Assembly: GCA_964016885.1 (NCBI GenBank)
Contig: OZ024740.1
Location: 47,740,001-47,804,000, forward strand
Reading direction: 5' to 3'
Length of the DNA: 64,000 nt
DNA from: Eledone cirrhosa
Taxonomy: Eukaryota
This document shows, one piece after another, positions 36,280 to 48,879 of this stretch. Position numbers and translations under genes: made by a program. The first letter of the stretch is position 1. Every line of letters begins with the position of its first letter. The notes beneath the pieces were generated by a model. It saw only the letters and a program-made list of their open reading frames with translations. It was not told the DNA's origin and made no database searches.

Positions 36280-39200
36280 TTAAGATTCAGAAACAGAAGC
36301 ACTGTTAGATTGTTGCTCACTCTGAAAAGTGTTTTCTGAAAAGGCCACTGACTGATTAGCATCAATTTTAGGTCTGGGCTTGCCTGCTTGACCAGCAACA
36401 ATGGCATTACTACTAGTAGTACTAGTCAAAGGTTTTGAAGAACTAATTGCTTTGCCAGCAGTTGTTACAATAGAAGAATAATTAGAAGCAGAAGCCATGC
36501 CTAAACTTTGTCCAAAATTTGAAATACCCGTGGAACCATCTGCTGAAATACCTGCCAAAGATAGTTTCCTTAATTCGGCTTGCGTCCGCTGCCCTGAATC
36601 TATATTCAATAAAGCAGCAATAGTGTTTAAACGTGGACGAGTTGGTGTTGATGCTGTTGAAATGTGGCTAGCGGCAGTAGAACTATGGCTTGTTGGCTGA
36701 GTTAAGGCAGTACTGCTAGGTTGAGAAACACTACTCAAAGACAACTTGTGAAGATTAAGTTCTTGGGTGGGAACTGATGAGAGTATTGATGCAGATGTTG
36801 CAGCTTCTGATGCTGAAGACACCAGCATGTGCTGCAGTAAAGAGTTATTGCCTGTAGCAGTGCTGACAGCATCTGAATGTTGGGGTGTATTCATGGCACT
36901 ATTTGAATTCTTCACAGAAGAAAATCCTAATAGATTTTTATGTAGTAACTGGCCATCTTTGCTGGTAGACTGGGAGATGGCAGCTCTAACTGCAGACAAA
37001 GAGGTGTTAACTAAATCTAAAGTTTGTTTATCATCTTTCTCAGTGAGGTTTCTTTGTACATCAAATTGTTGGACAGCTTGCATTTGTGACTTTTGGAGGA
37101 GAAGTTGTGAAATTTGGTTGGTTGCCAGAGTGTTTACACCTGACTGTGGAGAAGTAATTGTATGTGAGTTAGATACAATATTAGCTCCTGAATCAGTTGA
37201 AACAGATTGTAAAGTATTCCAATTAACTCCAGAACTATAAGGAACAGATGTAGGCAATGACATTTCAGCCCCTTTAACAAATGCTACATTTGATTTATCA
37301 GTGACACCAGATGAAAGATGACTTATTGCATTGGCATCCTTTCGTCCAGCCATAGAAGTTAAAATCATTTGTGCTTTTTCGGCAATAGCAACTGAATAAG
37401 GTGGAGGAGGCTTTCCAATTATTGCTGACTTTGGCATCATATATGACTGTGTTACAGCAGGGTCTCCAACTGACCCTGCATGAGACTGGGAGAAACCCAC
37501 AGGGACAGATGATTGAACTTTAGGGACATTGGAATACTGCTGAGAAAGAGAAGCAATATCCCCTTCTGAATGGTGAGCAAAACGCTCTTGATTCTGAAGT
37601 GATATTTCTCTGGATTGTATTATAGATGACAATGTTTGTTTATCTTGCTGTGTGAGACTACTAAGGTCAAATGATCGCACCATAGATGACAATGTCAAAC
37701 GTTCCCGAGCAGATGAAGGAGAAGATTCATTTGCCTCTGATGCATTTTGTTGAGGCACTTGTTTAGAACTAGTTAAGTTGTTAGCACCTTGAACCATAGA
37801 ACTTAGCGTGAATCGTTCTTGTTGAGCAACAGAAGTTTCAACACCGGTTTGCAGTAAGTTTTGTGGTAAAGTTCTGCTTTGTGGCGCTAATAAGGTACCA
37901 CTTTGACTGAGTGAAGTTGCTGTGGCAGTGGAACCACCACAAGACTGAGCAGATACAGCAATATTTCTTAGCTGGTTTGCATTCAATTCCATAATTGTCT
38001 GTTGATTATCTGACGATCCTGTATGTGGAATGGCAGCCTGTGTAAAAATGGAAAGTTTGTAATCTGGTGAGGAAATCTTATTTTGAGAGATTCCAAGAGT
38101 TTGTGCAGTGAGTATATCATCCTTGCGCAGAAGTGAAGATTGCTGGGTGTCAGCTAGAGGAGACTGTGAGATTGAAGTGACAGGTGATTGAGCAATACTA
38201 GAAGGATTAGTTGAAGGAACATGGCTTCTTGAAGATAATTGGTTGTGAAGAGTAACAGGGTTAACCTGAGCAATGTTCTGAGTTGAGCTGATGGGGATCT
38301 GAGTGGTGTGAAACAGAGTGTGAGTGGTGGGAGGTTGGGTAGACTGTGATGGAGATGTAAGCAATTGGTTAGCTTGTGTGGTCAGAGAAAGGGATTTTAA
38401 TAGCTGGGGATGATTTGCTTGGTTTGCACGGGCCTTAGCTGCCTGAAAATACTGGCTAAGGCTGGCTCGGTTCATTTGTGACAAAGCTGCTTGTAAAGCT
38501 GGAGTAGTTCCTCTTGGCTTTGTTAACTGAGCTGAAGCGGTAGCACTCAGCTGCAAGTTACTAGTAGGCTCTTGAGATTGTGACTGACTAACAGCTTGCT
38601 GGGAGATTGTTTGACCCATTAGGGCCTGTGGAGATGATTGACTAATGACAGCCTGAGGTGATGCTTGGCTTGATGGAGTTTGTGGAGATGCTTGGCCTAC
38701 TGATGCTTGTGGGGAGGGTTGGCTAAGGACCGACTGTGGAGAGGCTTGGCTTACTTGTGACTGGGGTGAACTTTGTCCTATGGGAGTCTGGTTACCTATC
38801 TGGGCATGCTGCTGCTGCTGTTGAAGAACTAATTGTTGAACTTTAGCCTGAGCTTGTTGCTGTTGTATTTGCTGTTGCAATTGTTGTTGCAACTGCTGCT
38901 GCTGCTGCTGTTGTAACTGCTGCTGCTGTTGTAGCTGCTGCTGTTGCTGTAGCTGCTGCTGTTGTAGCTGCTGTTGCATTGCTATCTTCTGAGATGCTGC
39001 TTGATTTGCAAGCTGTTGAACAACACGTTGTTGGCGAGAAGCTAACTGATGTGTTCTCTGTTGCTTGATCAGTTGACTAAGTTGCTGAGTTATCTGCTGC
39101 TGCATTACACTTTGAGGCTGCTGCACACTGGACACTTGCTGACCTGCAACTTGAATGTTTTGTGATGGCTGTTGCTGCTGCTGCAGCTGTTGCAGTTGTT

Positions 39201-39589
39201 GTAACTGCTGTATCTGTTGTAGCTGCTGTAATTGCTGCTGCTGTTGCTGCTGTTGTTGTTGTTGTTGCTGTTGTTGTTGCTGTTGATGTTGTGGCTGCTG
39301 CTGCTGTTGTTGTTGGTGTTGCTGCTGTTGTGCTAAATTAAGTTTCAACTGTTGTTGATTGACAGTTTGTTGTTGACTTAAAGCTTGTATCAACTGTTGC
39401 TGCTGTTGTTGTTGTTGTTGCAATTGCTGTTGTTGCAACTGCTGCTGTTGTAATTGTTGTTGTAACTGTTGTTGCTGTAGTTGTTGTTCCAGTGAGGTTT
39501 GGGTCTGTAACTGAGAAACCTGTGTCTGTATTGTTTGAGGTCTTTGTTGTTGTTGTTGCTGTTGCTGTTGCTGCTGCTGCTGCTGCTGC

Positions 39590-39685
<96 letters not shown>

Positions 39686-41423
39686 TGTTGTTGAAGCAAC
39701 TGATGAAGCTGCTGCTGAGTAGCTTGACTTAGTTGCTGTGGAGCTGACTGAGCCTTCTGTTGTCTTAATCCCTGGCTAAGCTGGGCTTGCAGAGAAGTAA
39801 AATTTGGCTGATTGGCAGCAGGTGATGCAGCATATGGAGAAGTTGGAAGAGCTCTTGGCTTACCTGATGCTAAATGCTTAGATTTGTCTGCACTTAACTT
39901 TGGTTTGCCCGAAGCAGCTTGGCGAGGTTTAGTTACCAAACCAGTCTGGGACAGATTCTGTTGGACTGCTCTGTGTGCAGAAGCATTCTGAGCCATTGGA
40001 TTGGACTGGAGTGTAATTGGAGAAAGAGCACCAGTTTGTAGAGGTGACTGAGCTGTGGAAGATAAGGGAGACTGGGCAGCAGTAGGGGAGGGAACAGGCT
40101 GAGTCATAGGGGACAGAACAGGCTGTTGCAAAGGAGACATTGAAATTTGTGTCATAGGAGAATGTGTGTGCTGACTCATAGGAGACTGGGTATGTTGACT
40201 GATTGGGGAGTGAATAGTTTGACTGATGGGTGACTGGGCAATTGGGGACATAACTGGATGTGCTATGGGAGACTGGACAGGTTTTGCCATAGGTGAATGG
40301 ACAGACTGAGGCATGGGTGATTGAACAGGTTGTGCCATAGGGGACTGTACAGATTGGAGCATAGGTGATTGTGAAGGATGCACCATTGGTGAATGGGCAG
40401 ATTGGTTCAAAGGTGACTGAACAGGGGATTGAACAGGCTGAGCCAAAGGAGAGTTAGCAAGATAAGATTGAGATGCTCTGACCACAGAAGACTGTTGTGC
40501 AGTCTGAACAGACTGATGAGGGAAAAGAGAAATGCTAGATCGTGGAATACCTGTCACTGAGTGAGTTGGTTGAGTATTGCTGGCAAAGTGCAAAGCCTGA
40601 GTAGATACTGCAAGTGCAGTGGCAGAAAGAGGAGAGCTGGCAGGTGCACCAATAGGAGAAGTAGGAGCCAAAGTGGTGCTGGTGGTAGTAGTAATGGTAG
40701 TAGTAGTAGTAGTAGTAGTAGAAGAAGTAGTAGTAGTGCTGTTACAACTAGCATTAGCTGTAGTGGTACCAGGTAGTGATTGTGGCACATTTTGTGGAAG
40801 AGAAACCCTTGGTTTATTAAAAAGAGTTATATTAGAGGGGTAAGAGCTTACCATTGGTTCAGTCATGAGAGCTTGGGTTAGAGGTGTGTACTTCGAGGAG
40901 CTGACGGCAGCAGTGGAGGTCATGGCTAGAGACACACAAGTGGATGACCCACTTGTCTTCATGGGGTTTTCTACTGATTCTGCTTGAGTCACTTCGGTCA
41001 TATTTAACTCAGCATCGCTTGGAAGAAGTGTGTTTTGAGGAAATTTAGTAACACTGGATGCAGTCTGTGCAACATTTTTCTCTGCACTCTGACCAGTTTG
41101 AGATTTGGGACTTGATAATGTACGAGGAGACGTGGAAGTGGAACGCAAAGGTGGAGTGTATTTAGAAGTCAAAAGACGATTATGTGAGCCCTTTGCTCCA
41201 GCAGAACGAGGTGTACCTGGTGGCGTAATAGAAGGAGCATACTTTTCTACAGAAATCGGTGTTCTAGGTGATGAGAAGAAACGTCCACCTGCTGAACCTC
41301 GAGTAGATTTTGGAGTACCTTTCTTTCGCTGGTCCTTTGTGGCTTCTGTAGCTTTCCTTTGTCGATTAAGGTCATCAAGCACTTTATCCATCCTGGCAAC
41401 CCTCTTTTTTCCTTTTGATGAAC
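36280..41423 (-). CDS. PAGR1: PAGR1-like exon 4: end of conserved core (GSSKGKKRVARMDKVLDDLNRQRK) plus about 1,690-aa S/Q/P/T-rich extension
   Basis: Acceptor aatgtag|GT at 41424/41423, phase 1 fits exon 3; matches recalled human [25 protein letters not shown]; uninterrupted 5.1-kb frame to TAA. Confidence 0.9.
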
Positions 41424-41818
41424 CTACATTTTTAAACAATAATAAATAAACAAATGTAAGAAAATCATAAGAATAAGATTTTTAAGAATCGATTTTATTG
41501 TAAATACATATCAGAAATTAACACTTACCACTCTTTGATAAACCAAAATTGAGCGGAACCTTGTCCACATCTATCTTACTCCAGTTTGTAGGTGCCAATA
41601 CCAAATACCCCAACCCTAGAGACTGAACACCAAAGTGTACTCATAATCATAATATATCTTAAAACAACCATAACCTGCTTGAGTAGACAATGAGGTCACT
41701 GGGTGGTTAACACCATTTAATATACTCAGTGTATTCAGTTAATGGGCAACTCTCCAGACTAATATATTTCAATGAGACTGTGGACATATCGTATTGCCTT
41801 TATGCCTTCACGTTTTAA

Positions 41819-42035
41819 CTCTTTAGCATTTACATTACTCAATATTTACTATTGTATTTTCACGGTAAAGGCTTTACCTCAGATAATTATCTCACATAAT
41901 ATCGGATCTATGAGATTTTGATATTATTTTGAGAACAATACCTTAACATCAGTATGAGCAGCAGGTTACAGCCGGTTTGAACAGAAAGAGGTGAGAAAAT
42001 TCTGGCCGAATACAGCCGGTTTAAATGCTAAAGGG
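41819..42035. mobile_element. piggyBac-type MITE copy 1
   Basis: TTAA target duplications; TIR C(T)CTTTAGCATTTA / TAAATGCTAAAGGG. Confidence 0.85.
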
Positions 42036-43045
42036 TTAAAACATATTATTTCAATATTTTTATATCGAAGTTTCCATGCTAGCACAGTGAAATCGTTTTG
42101 ATTAATTTTCCTACCACTAACCACAACCATGAAGCAGTTCAACCAGGCAAAGTGAGAAGTTATGTGTGATATTCAAGAGCACAACAGAATGACAACAGTA
42201 AAATCTGAATCTGTGATCATATGTTCAGAAGTCTTAGCTTCTCAGCTAACATGCCACATTTTACCAGAAAAGAAAAACAAAATCTGATATAATTAATCAT
42301 AAGTTATTATAGTTACTTTGATTAGTCAGTTAAGACAAATAATATTTCTGACTTTCAATGTTTTCCACAGAAAGAATGTGTGTACGTATGGATCCATAAC
42401 TTCTAATGGGTTTGTTGGAGCGCCAAAGTGACATACATTGTTTCCTGGGCATTTTAAAGCTGGCAAAGCCCTACCCCTCTCCATGTCTGAACACAACTTA
42501 TTTCTTCCAGAGAAGGAAAGTGAGAAAGAAATATAGAAGAATAGACTCCAGTGCAGAACTGGTACTTTATTGACCTTGGCAAGATTTGAACTCAGAGCAC
42601 GGAGAGCCAGAACAAATACAGCAAAGCATTCTATCCAATGATTTAATGGTTCTGCCAGTCACATAAAGAATACTTCTCTATAAAATCTAACTAGTTAAAG
42701 GAGAACCTGGATGGTAAATTAACAGACAATATGGTCAAAAATGTTATCAAAGTGAACCAAAAGGTCCAAATTTTGTTGATGCAACAATGTTAGAAATAAA
42801 TAGTAGTTACTGTAAATTAATGTTATACTGATGTTGTTATTACTTATCATTTAGCTATTAAAGAATTAAAAAATAACCTACTATATACAGAAATTAATCT
42901 TAGGAAAAATATAATCTATGTCAACAAACATTGTGTATTAGAAGCCAATCTCTCAGACTTTTACGAAGCACTGAGGGATAGCTAATATAAAGTACATGTG
43001 TGGAGATGCTATAAAATAGCTTATAAAATAGGGTGAAGACCTTAA

Positions 43046-43230
43046 CCCTTTAGCATTTAAACTGACAGTATCCAGCCAGAATTCTCTCACCTCTTTCTGT
43101 TCAAACCAGCTGTAACTGGCCACTCATACTGATGTTAAGGTATTGTTCTCAAAATATTATGAGATAATTATGTGAGGTAAAGCCTTTACCATGAAGATAC
43201 AATAGTAAATATGGAGTAAATGCTAAAGGG
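43046..43230. mobile_element. piggyBac-type MITE copy 2 (inverted relative to copies 1 and 3)
   Basis: TTAA|CCCTTTAGCATTTA..TAAATGCTAAAGGG|TTAA; internal sequence is the reverse complement of copy 1. Confidence 0.9.
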
Positions 43231-43800
43231 TTAAAGATTGAAAAAGAAGCTGCCATCGACCGCTATTCCTATTTTATAGCATCTCCACACATGAGCACTA
43301 CATTCTGTATATTCACTATAATTCACTATATTCTCTGTGATGGCAAAGAACTTACTCTCAAATGAATGATAAAGAATTTAACTGCTAGCATCAACTAAGT
43401 TATATCTATTAATCCTTTTGTAACTATATTTCTAACAAAAGACTACTTATGAATTTTAAATAAGTTTGAAACTCATCAACAAAATGTATGTATTTATCTA
43501 GTAATATAATTACTTTCTTATAATTAAGTTGGTGTTTGGAGCATAATATAACAAAGGTTGATTCATAATATTATAAAGAAAGGTATTTAGAGAAATATAA
43601 ACACTTAAAAAAATAAACAGTTTCTATCATAGAACCAGGAGCAGTTTCAAAAGGATGAAATTCCTGCTACTTTTTCTTTCATCATAACAAATACACCTCA
43701 ACATATCTAATATATAGTCCTTAGTTAACTGAGCCATGGCATGTAAGCTACTCTGCCTTGGATCACAAATAAAAGCTCATAGTTGATAAGAATGTATTAA

Positions 43801-44010
43801 CCCTTTAGTGTTTACATAGCTTTATATTTACTATTGTATTTTCACAATAAACACTTTATCTCACATAATTATCCCACATAATATCAAATCTACAAGATTT
43901 TTATATTTATTTTGAGAACAATACCTTAACATCAGTATGAGCAGCTGGTTATGGCTGGTTTGAACAGAAAGAGGTGAGAGAATATATCAAATATATTAAA
44001 TGCTAAAGGG
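43801..44010. mobile_element. piggyBac-type MITE copy 3
   Basis: TTAA|CCCTTTAG..TAAATGCTAAAGGG|TTAT; collinear with copy 1. Confidence 0.85.
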
Positions 44011-44560
44011 TTATACATCATTTCATCCCAACATGTAACAGGCATCTATTATATTAAAGTTGGAGTATCAGTGACATAAAGAGTGCATGTGTGATGGTGA
44101 AAGAGAGTAGCAATGGTAGTGGCAGTAGCAACACCAACATTTTATATTTCTTAATCTCACATCTTTATGGAAAGGGGATGGTGTGCGTGAGAGAGGGGAG
44201 TAACACTGCTGACATTTCTTTTTAAAACCTATGCTATATGAAAAATACTGTTTATCCCTAAAATATAAGTAAAATATCCCATTTTGATGGTCATTTGTTC
44301 AATTTATTTGATTTATTTGTTGTGTTGTTAAAGAGTAATTAAGTACTTATATGTTGTTTGTGTGTATATATAACTTATAAATGAAACATTTAAAATGTGG
44401 AATTCCCATAGGGTCAGCTAGTTTTATTTTAATATCAAAGAAGATATTACCCCAGAATAGCAATGAACCTGACAATCAAGAAAACACAACAAATATTCAT
44501 CATTGTTTTAACAAAAATAGTGAGTAACTAAATAGTGTAGAAGGACATATATACACATAC

Positions 44561-44643
44561 CAGGCGTTTTTCTAGGAGTTAATTTAGTGGTAGATTGTTC
44601 TAGGCTGCAATCATCAAAGTCAAATTCTGTAGGCTGTGGTGCT
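44561..44643 (-). CDS. PAGR1: PAGR1-like exon 3 (APQPTEFDFDDCSLEQSTTKLTPRKTP/G)
   Basis: Poly-T ctag acceptor, G|gtatgt donor; PTEFDFDD and R.TPG match recalled human PAGR1; phases 2 and 1 fit neighbours. Not in the supplied ORF track. Confidence 0.95.
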
Positions 44644-44971
44644 CTAGAAAAAAAAAGAAGTAAGCAAACAAAACATTTATTAAGAAAAATATGCTTTACA
44701 TCTTCAGTAATGAACTTGAAGAATTTCTATTTTTATTTATATATTTTAGTTTTGACAATTCTACACGTTATCGAAGTTTAAATTTGGACATTATGAGAAA
44801 ATTGTTTTTTTTTTCCTTCCTAAGAAAGAGGAACAAAATGGTTGTGAGGTTAAGAAGATGCTGGACTGTTGACGACATAGTTAGGAGTTCAAAAATATTA
44901 CAAAAGCCATTGTACTGCATCCCTGGACAAGGCAGATAAATTTGTTTGCTCTAGATTATCTGACTTACTGT

Positions 44972-45310
44972 ATCATCATCATCATCATCATTTTACGTCC
45001 ACTTTTCCCTGCTTGCAAGGGTGGGACGGGAACTGATTCTGGCTTGATTTCTACAGCTGGATGCCCTTCCTAACACCAACCTCATTTACAGTGAGTGCTG
45101 GGTGCTTTTTTGCCGTGGCACCTCCACAACCACTTTGCAGTGGAATGATATGGACCTCAGTCCCTATCATCTCATTTCTACAGCTGAGTAAACTGGAGCA
45201 ATGTGAAATAAAGTGTCTTGCTCAAGGAAACAACACATCACCCGGTCTGAGAATTGAACTCACAACCTTTCGATTGCAAGGCCAATGCTCTAACCACTAA
45301 GCCATGTGCC
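44972..45310 (-). mobile_element. Young tRNA-derived SINE, copy B
   Basis: Near-identical to copy A. Confidence 0.9.
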
Positions 45311-45481
45311 TGTATATATTCGAATATAAGCCATGCCCCTATTTTATGTCTGGGCAAAAATCCAAACCCAAGGCAGCTAATCAACACATGTTTAGATGGT
45401 GAATATAAGCCAACACCTCATTTTACCATCGATTTTTTTTTGGTCACATATTCCTAGACTTATATTCGAGTGTATTTGGTA
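45311..45481. mobile_element. Tigger/pogo-like MITE
   Basis: Imperfect TIRs GTATATATTCGAATATAAG / CTTATATTCGAGTGTATTTGGTA. Confidence 0.55.
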
Positions 45482-45782
45482 ATATAAATCAGGTTCAACA
45501 GCCATTACAGCAATATTAGTTTCCTAGGAACAATGTTAATTTGTACAGAGATGCAAGGTATAGTCAACTAAATTAATCCTATTATCAACGTCATTTTTTC
45601 ATGCCAGCATGGGCTGGACACATCTTTTAACACAGTGCCTCTTCACTTATCGTTGTCCATCATCATCTTATTTATAAGACTCAGAATCCTGAAATAAGCT
45701 TTCATTGCTTTGTCTTCTTAAATCTTTCTCTTCTATAGGCTGTTTTCACTTACAGCGTTTGACACTTTTGCATTGCTTATTA

Positions 45783-46124
45783 TCATTCATCATCATTTCA
45801 TTTTACGTCCGCTTTTTCCCAGCTTGCAAAGGTGGGACGGGAAGTGATTCTGGCTTGATTTCTACAGTTGGATGCCCTTCCTAACACCAACCTCATTTAC
45901 AGTGAGTGCTGGGTGCTTTTTTGCCGTGGCACCTCCACAACCACTTTGCAGTGGAATGATATGGACCCCAGTCCCTATCATCTCATTTCTACAGGTGAGT
46001 AAACTGGAGCAATGTGAAATAAAGTGTCTTGCTCAAGGAAACAACACATCACCCGGTCTGAGAATTGAACTCACAACCTTTCGATTGCAAGCCCAATGCT
46101 CTAACCACTAAGCCATGTGCCTCC
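45783..46124 (-). mobile_element. Young tRNA-derived SINE, copy C
   Basis: Near-identical to copies A and B. Confidence 0.9.
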
Positions 46125-48492
46125 ATAATAGTATTTATTTAATCAATACTGTACAGAAGTCAACTAACAAAATTTGAACTAAAAACATAAAGAATAGAAA
46201 CTAAATAGTGCGAGGTATTTTCCATAATCTGCTACTAATTGAATCTGCTAAGTCATAGACTCTGCTGTTTAAAATCATTTCTTTAAATCAATCAAATCAC
46301 AAGGAGGTTATACAATTCCCTGTATTACAACCGATACTTCATTAATCACAGGATAGAAAAGTAGATTCACTGGATTTGAAACTAGAATGTAGATAAATGA
46401 AACTAAATACTACATTTCTATATATATATATATTCTGATATGATCACCTCTAAAGGTGGAGTATTTGCAGAAGCATTATTGCATCGAATCTTTTCCTACT
46501 TATTGCACCCTGAGTTCAAAATCTTGCCAAGATCAATTTTGCCATTTGAGGTTGATAAATTAAGTACCAATACTGGGGTCAATTCTTCTATCTCTCTTTA
46601 TCACATTCTCTCTATCTCTTTCTCTGGAAGATATCAGCTAGCTATGTTCTGATCTGGAGACGGATAGGCTCTGCCAAATTTAAAATGCCCAAGACATGCC
46701 ATGTGTCAGGATGGTGCCCCTATGACTTCTTTTCTACTGATGATCTCTAAAAGTTGAATATGCTGGCTTTAAAGACAAAAATCAACCCCCAACAGCATCA
46801 TCTACATTTTCAAAAAATTTTTATTGGCTAATATTGCAATTATCCTTGATTGTTGTTTATATCTTTTAAACACAACCTAGAGGGAGTTTTATGCACTAAT
46901 TGCAGAGATAATCTCAGTTAATCTAATTTTTTTCAACTGATGCTTCACATTGCACAATTTCATTTTAAAATACACTGGGACAGGAGGACTTTTCAAAGAT
47001 ATGACAACCTCCCTGGTGTTGGCGCCAGGATAAAATGTAATTGCTAGAGCACGGGAACATTTTGTAAACAAGATAGCCACCTGACCACCCAGAAGATTGC
47101 GAGAACATAAGTAAGTGAGATGAAAGTCCCCAGCCCATCTGAGAGGTCAGTAGCTCTACTTGAATACTGGCTCAGTTTATGATGATCCATCCAACCCTTG
47201 CTAGCAAGGAAAACATATTAAATGATGATGAATCAAAGAAGTGAAATGAAATTTAAAAGCCATAAGCCACCACTACCAGATAAAGAGTAAAAATCCAAAC
47301 TATAAGGAAACTAATGATCTACATTGATTATAGTTCATAGCAAAGTTTGTAGAGGAGTTTGGTAAATTCAATTCATGTGAGGAATAAACTATCTTCTTTT
47401 TAATGGACTTCTTTAAGTTTCAATAATGTTTGTTCCAGTTATTTTATCAATGGAACAGCCTACTCATGAAATTAGCATGTAAGTGACAGATTCACAGCAA
47501 CATTCAGTGTGACACAGTGTGACAAAGCTGTCCATCCGACAGTTTCCATCTACCCAATTTCACTCACAAGGCATGGGTTGACCCAAAGCTATGGTAAATG
47601 AGTTACCCAAGATGCCACACAGTGGAACAAAAATCTAAGAACTAATGGATACAATGCAAACCATTTATTTAACCATTCAGCCAAGCTGCATTCACACTCA
47701 TGTGAATGTAGTTGGCATTAGGAAGGGCATCCAGCTGTAGAAACCAAGCCAAAATCAGTTCTGTGGGAGCAAAACATGGTCACCTGACCTGGCATTGCTC
47801 ACAAAAGACAATTCGTCTAACCCATGCTAGCATGGAAAAATGGATGGTTAAATGGTGATGATGATGATGTCATGGTTTTTACACTATACATATCTTACAT
47901 TAAAAAATAATTTTTTGTATAGTGTGTTGTAAATTTTCACAACAATCTGTCCACTTGTAATGATATTATAGACATTTGAATTAACAAACCCCATTTTTAA
48001 ATTATTACAAGATCATCATCTTCGTTTAATGTCCATTTTCCACGCTAGCATGGGATAAGGGGTAACTAAAAGGGTTGGCTTTAAAAAGGGATCCAGCCAT
48101 ACAAAGTTGCCTCAAAGAGTCCTATCTAGCCAATCTCAACATGGTAAAGTGGATGTAAAAATGATGAACATTTGAAGGATGAGCAAATGAGGATGTCACT
48201 ACGCAAGCCAACAATAGCACTGCTACTCAGTTGCTGGACCTGCAAGAGATAACATCAAAATCTCCCTGAAATCACACACTCTTCTGTCTTAAAAAAAGAA
48301 AAGACATTGGATACACTGTCTGAATAAGACAGGATGCACATGGCAGGAATACCTTTGCTCAGAAGTTTGGTTGATTAAGGCTAGCCTGAGGCTAAACAAC
48401 AAAGCCTACTTGATGTTATAAATACATCCATAGACACACACACACCAGCATCTGTTGTTACCTGCCAAGACACATTATCCTTTAAAACTTCC

Positions 48493-48879
48493 ATCATCAT
48501 CATCATCATTTTACGTCCGCTTTTCCCTGCTTACAAGGGTGGGACGGGAACTGATTCTGGCTTGATTTCTACAGCTGGATGCCCTTCCTAACACCAACCT
48601 CATTTACAGTGAGTGCTGGGTGCTTTTTTTCCGTGGCGCCTACACGTCCACTTTACAGTGTGGGCTGGGTGCTTTTTTGCCGTGGCACCTCCACAACCAC
48701 TTTGCAGTGGAATGATGGGGACCCCAGTCCTATCATCTCATTTCTACAGCTGAGTAAACTGGAGCAATGTGAAATAAAGTGTCTTGCTCAAGGAAACAAC
48801 ACATCACCCAGTCTGAGAATTGAACTCACAACCTTTCGATTGCAAGCCCAATGCTTTAACCACTAAGCCATGTGCCTCC
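48493..48879 (-). mobile_element. Young tRNA-derived SINE, copy D (extra internal repeat unit)
   Basis: As copies A-C but with two TTTACAGTG..GCTGGGTGCTTTTT..CCGTGGC units. Confidence 0.9.

Noticed and set aside
39492-39732. Poly-Val/Ala and poly-Leu ORFs on the plus strand
   Set aside because: Antisense shadows of the CAA/CAG polyQ tract.
41424-41439. Start of a stand-alone 1719-aa intronless gene at 41439
   Set aside because: The start is a TTG inside the intron; a splice acceptor at 41424 joins the frame to upstream PAGR1 exons.
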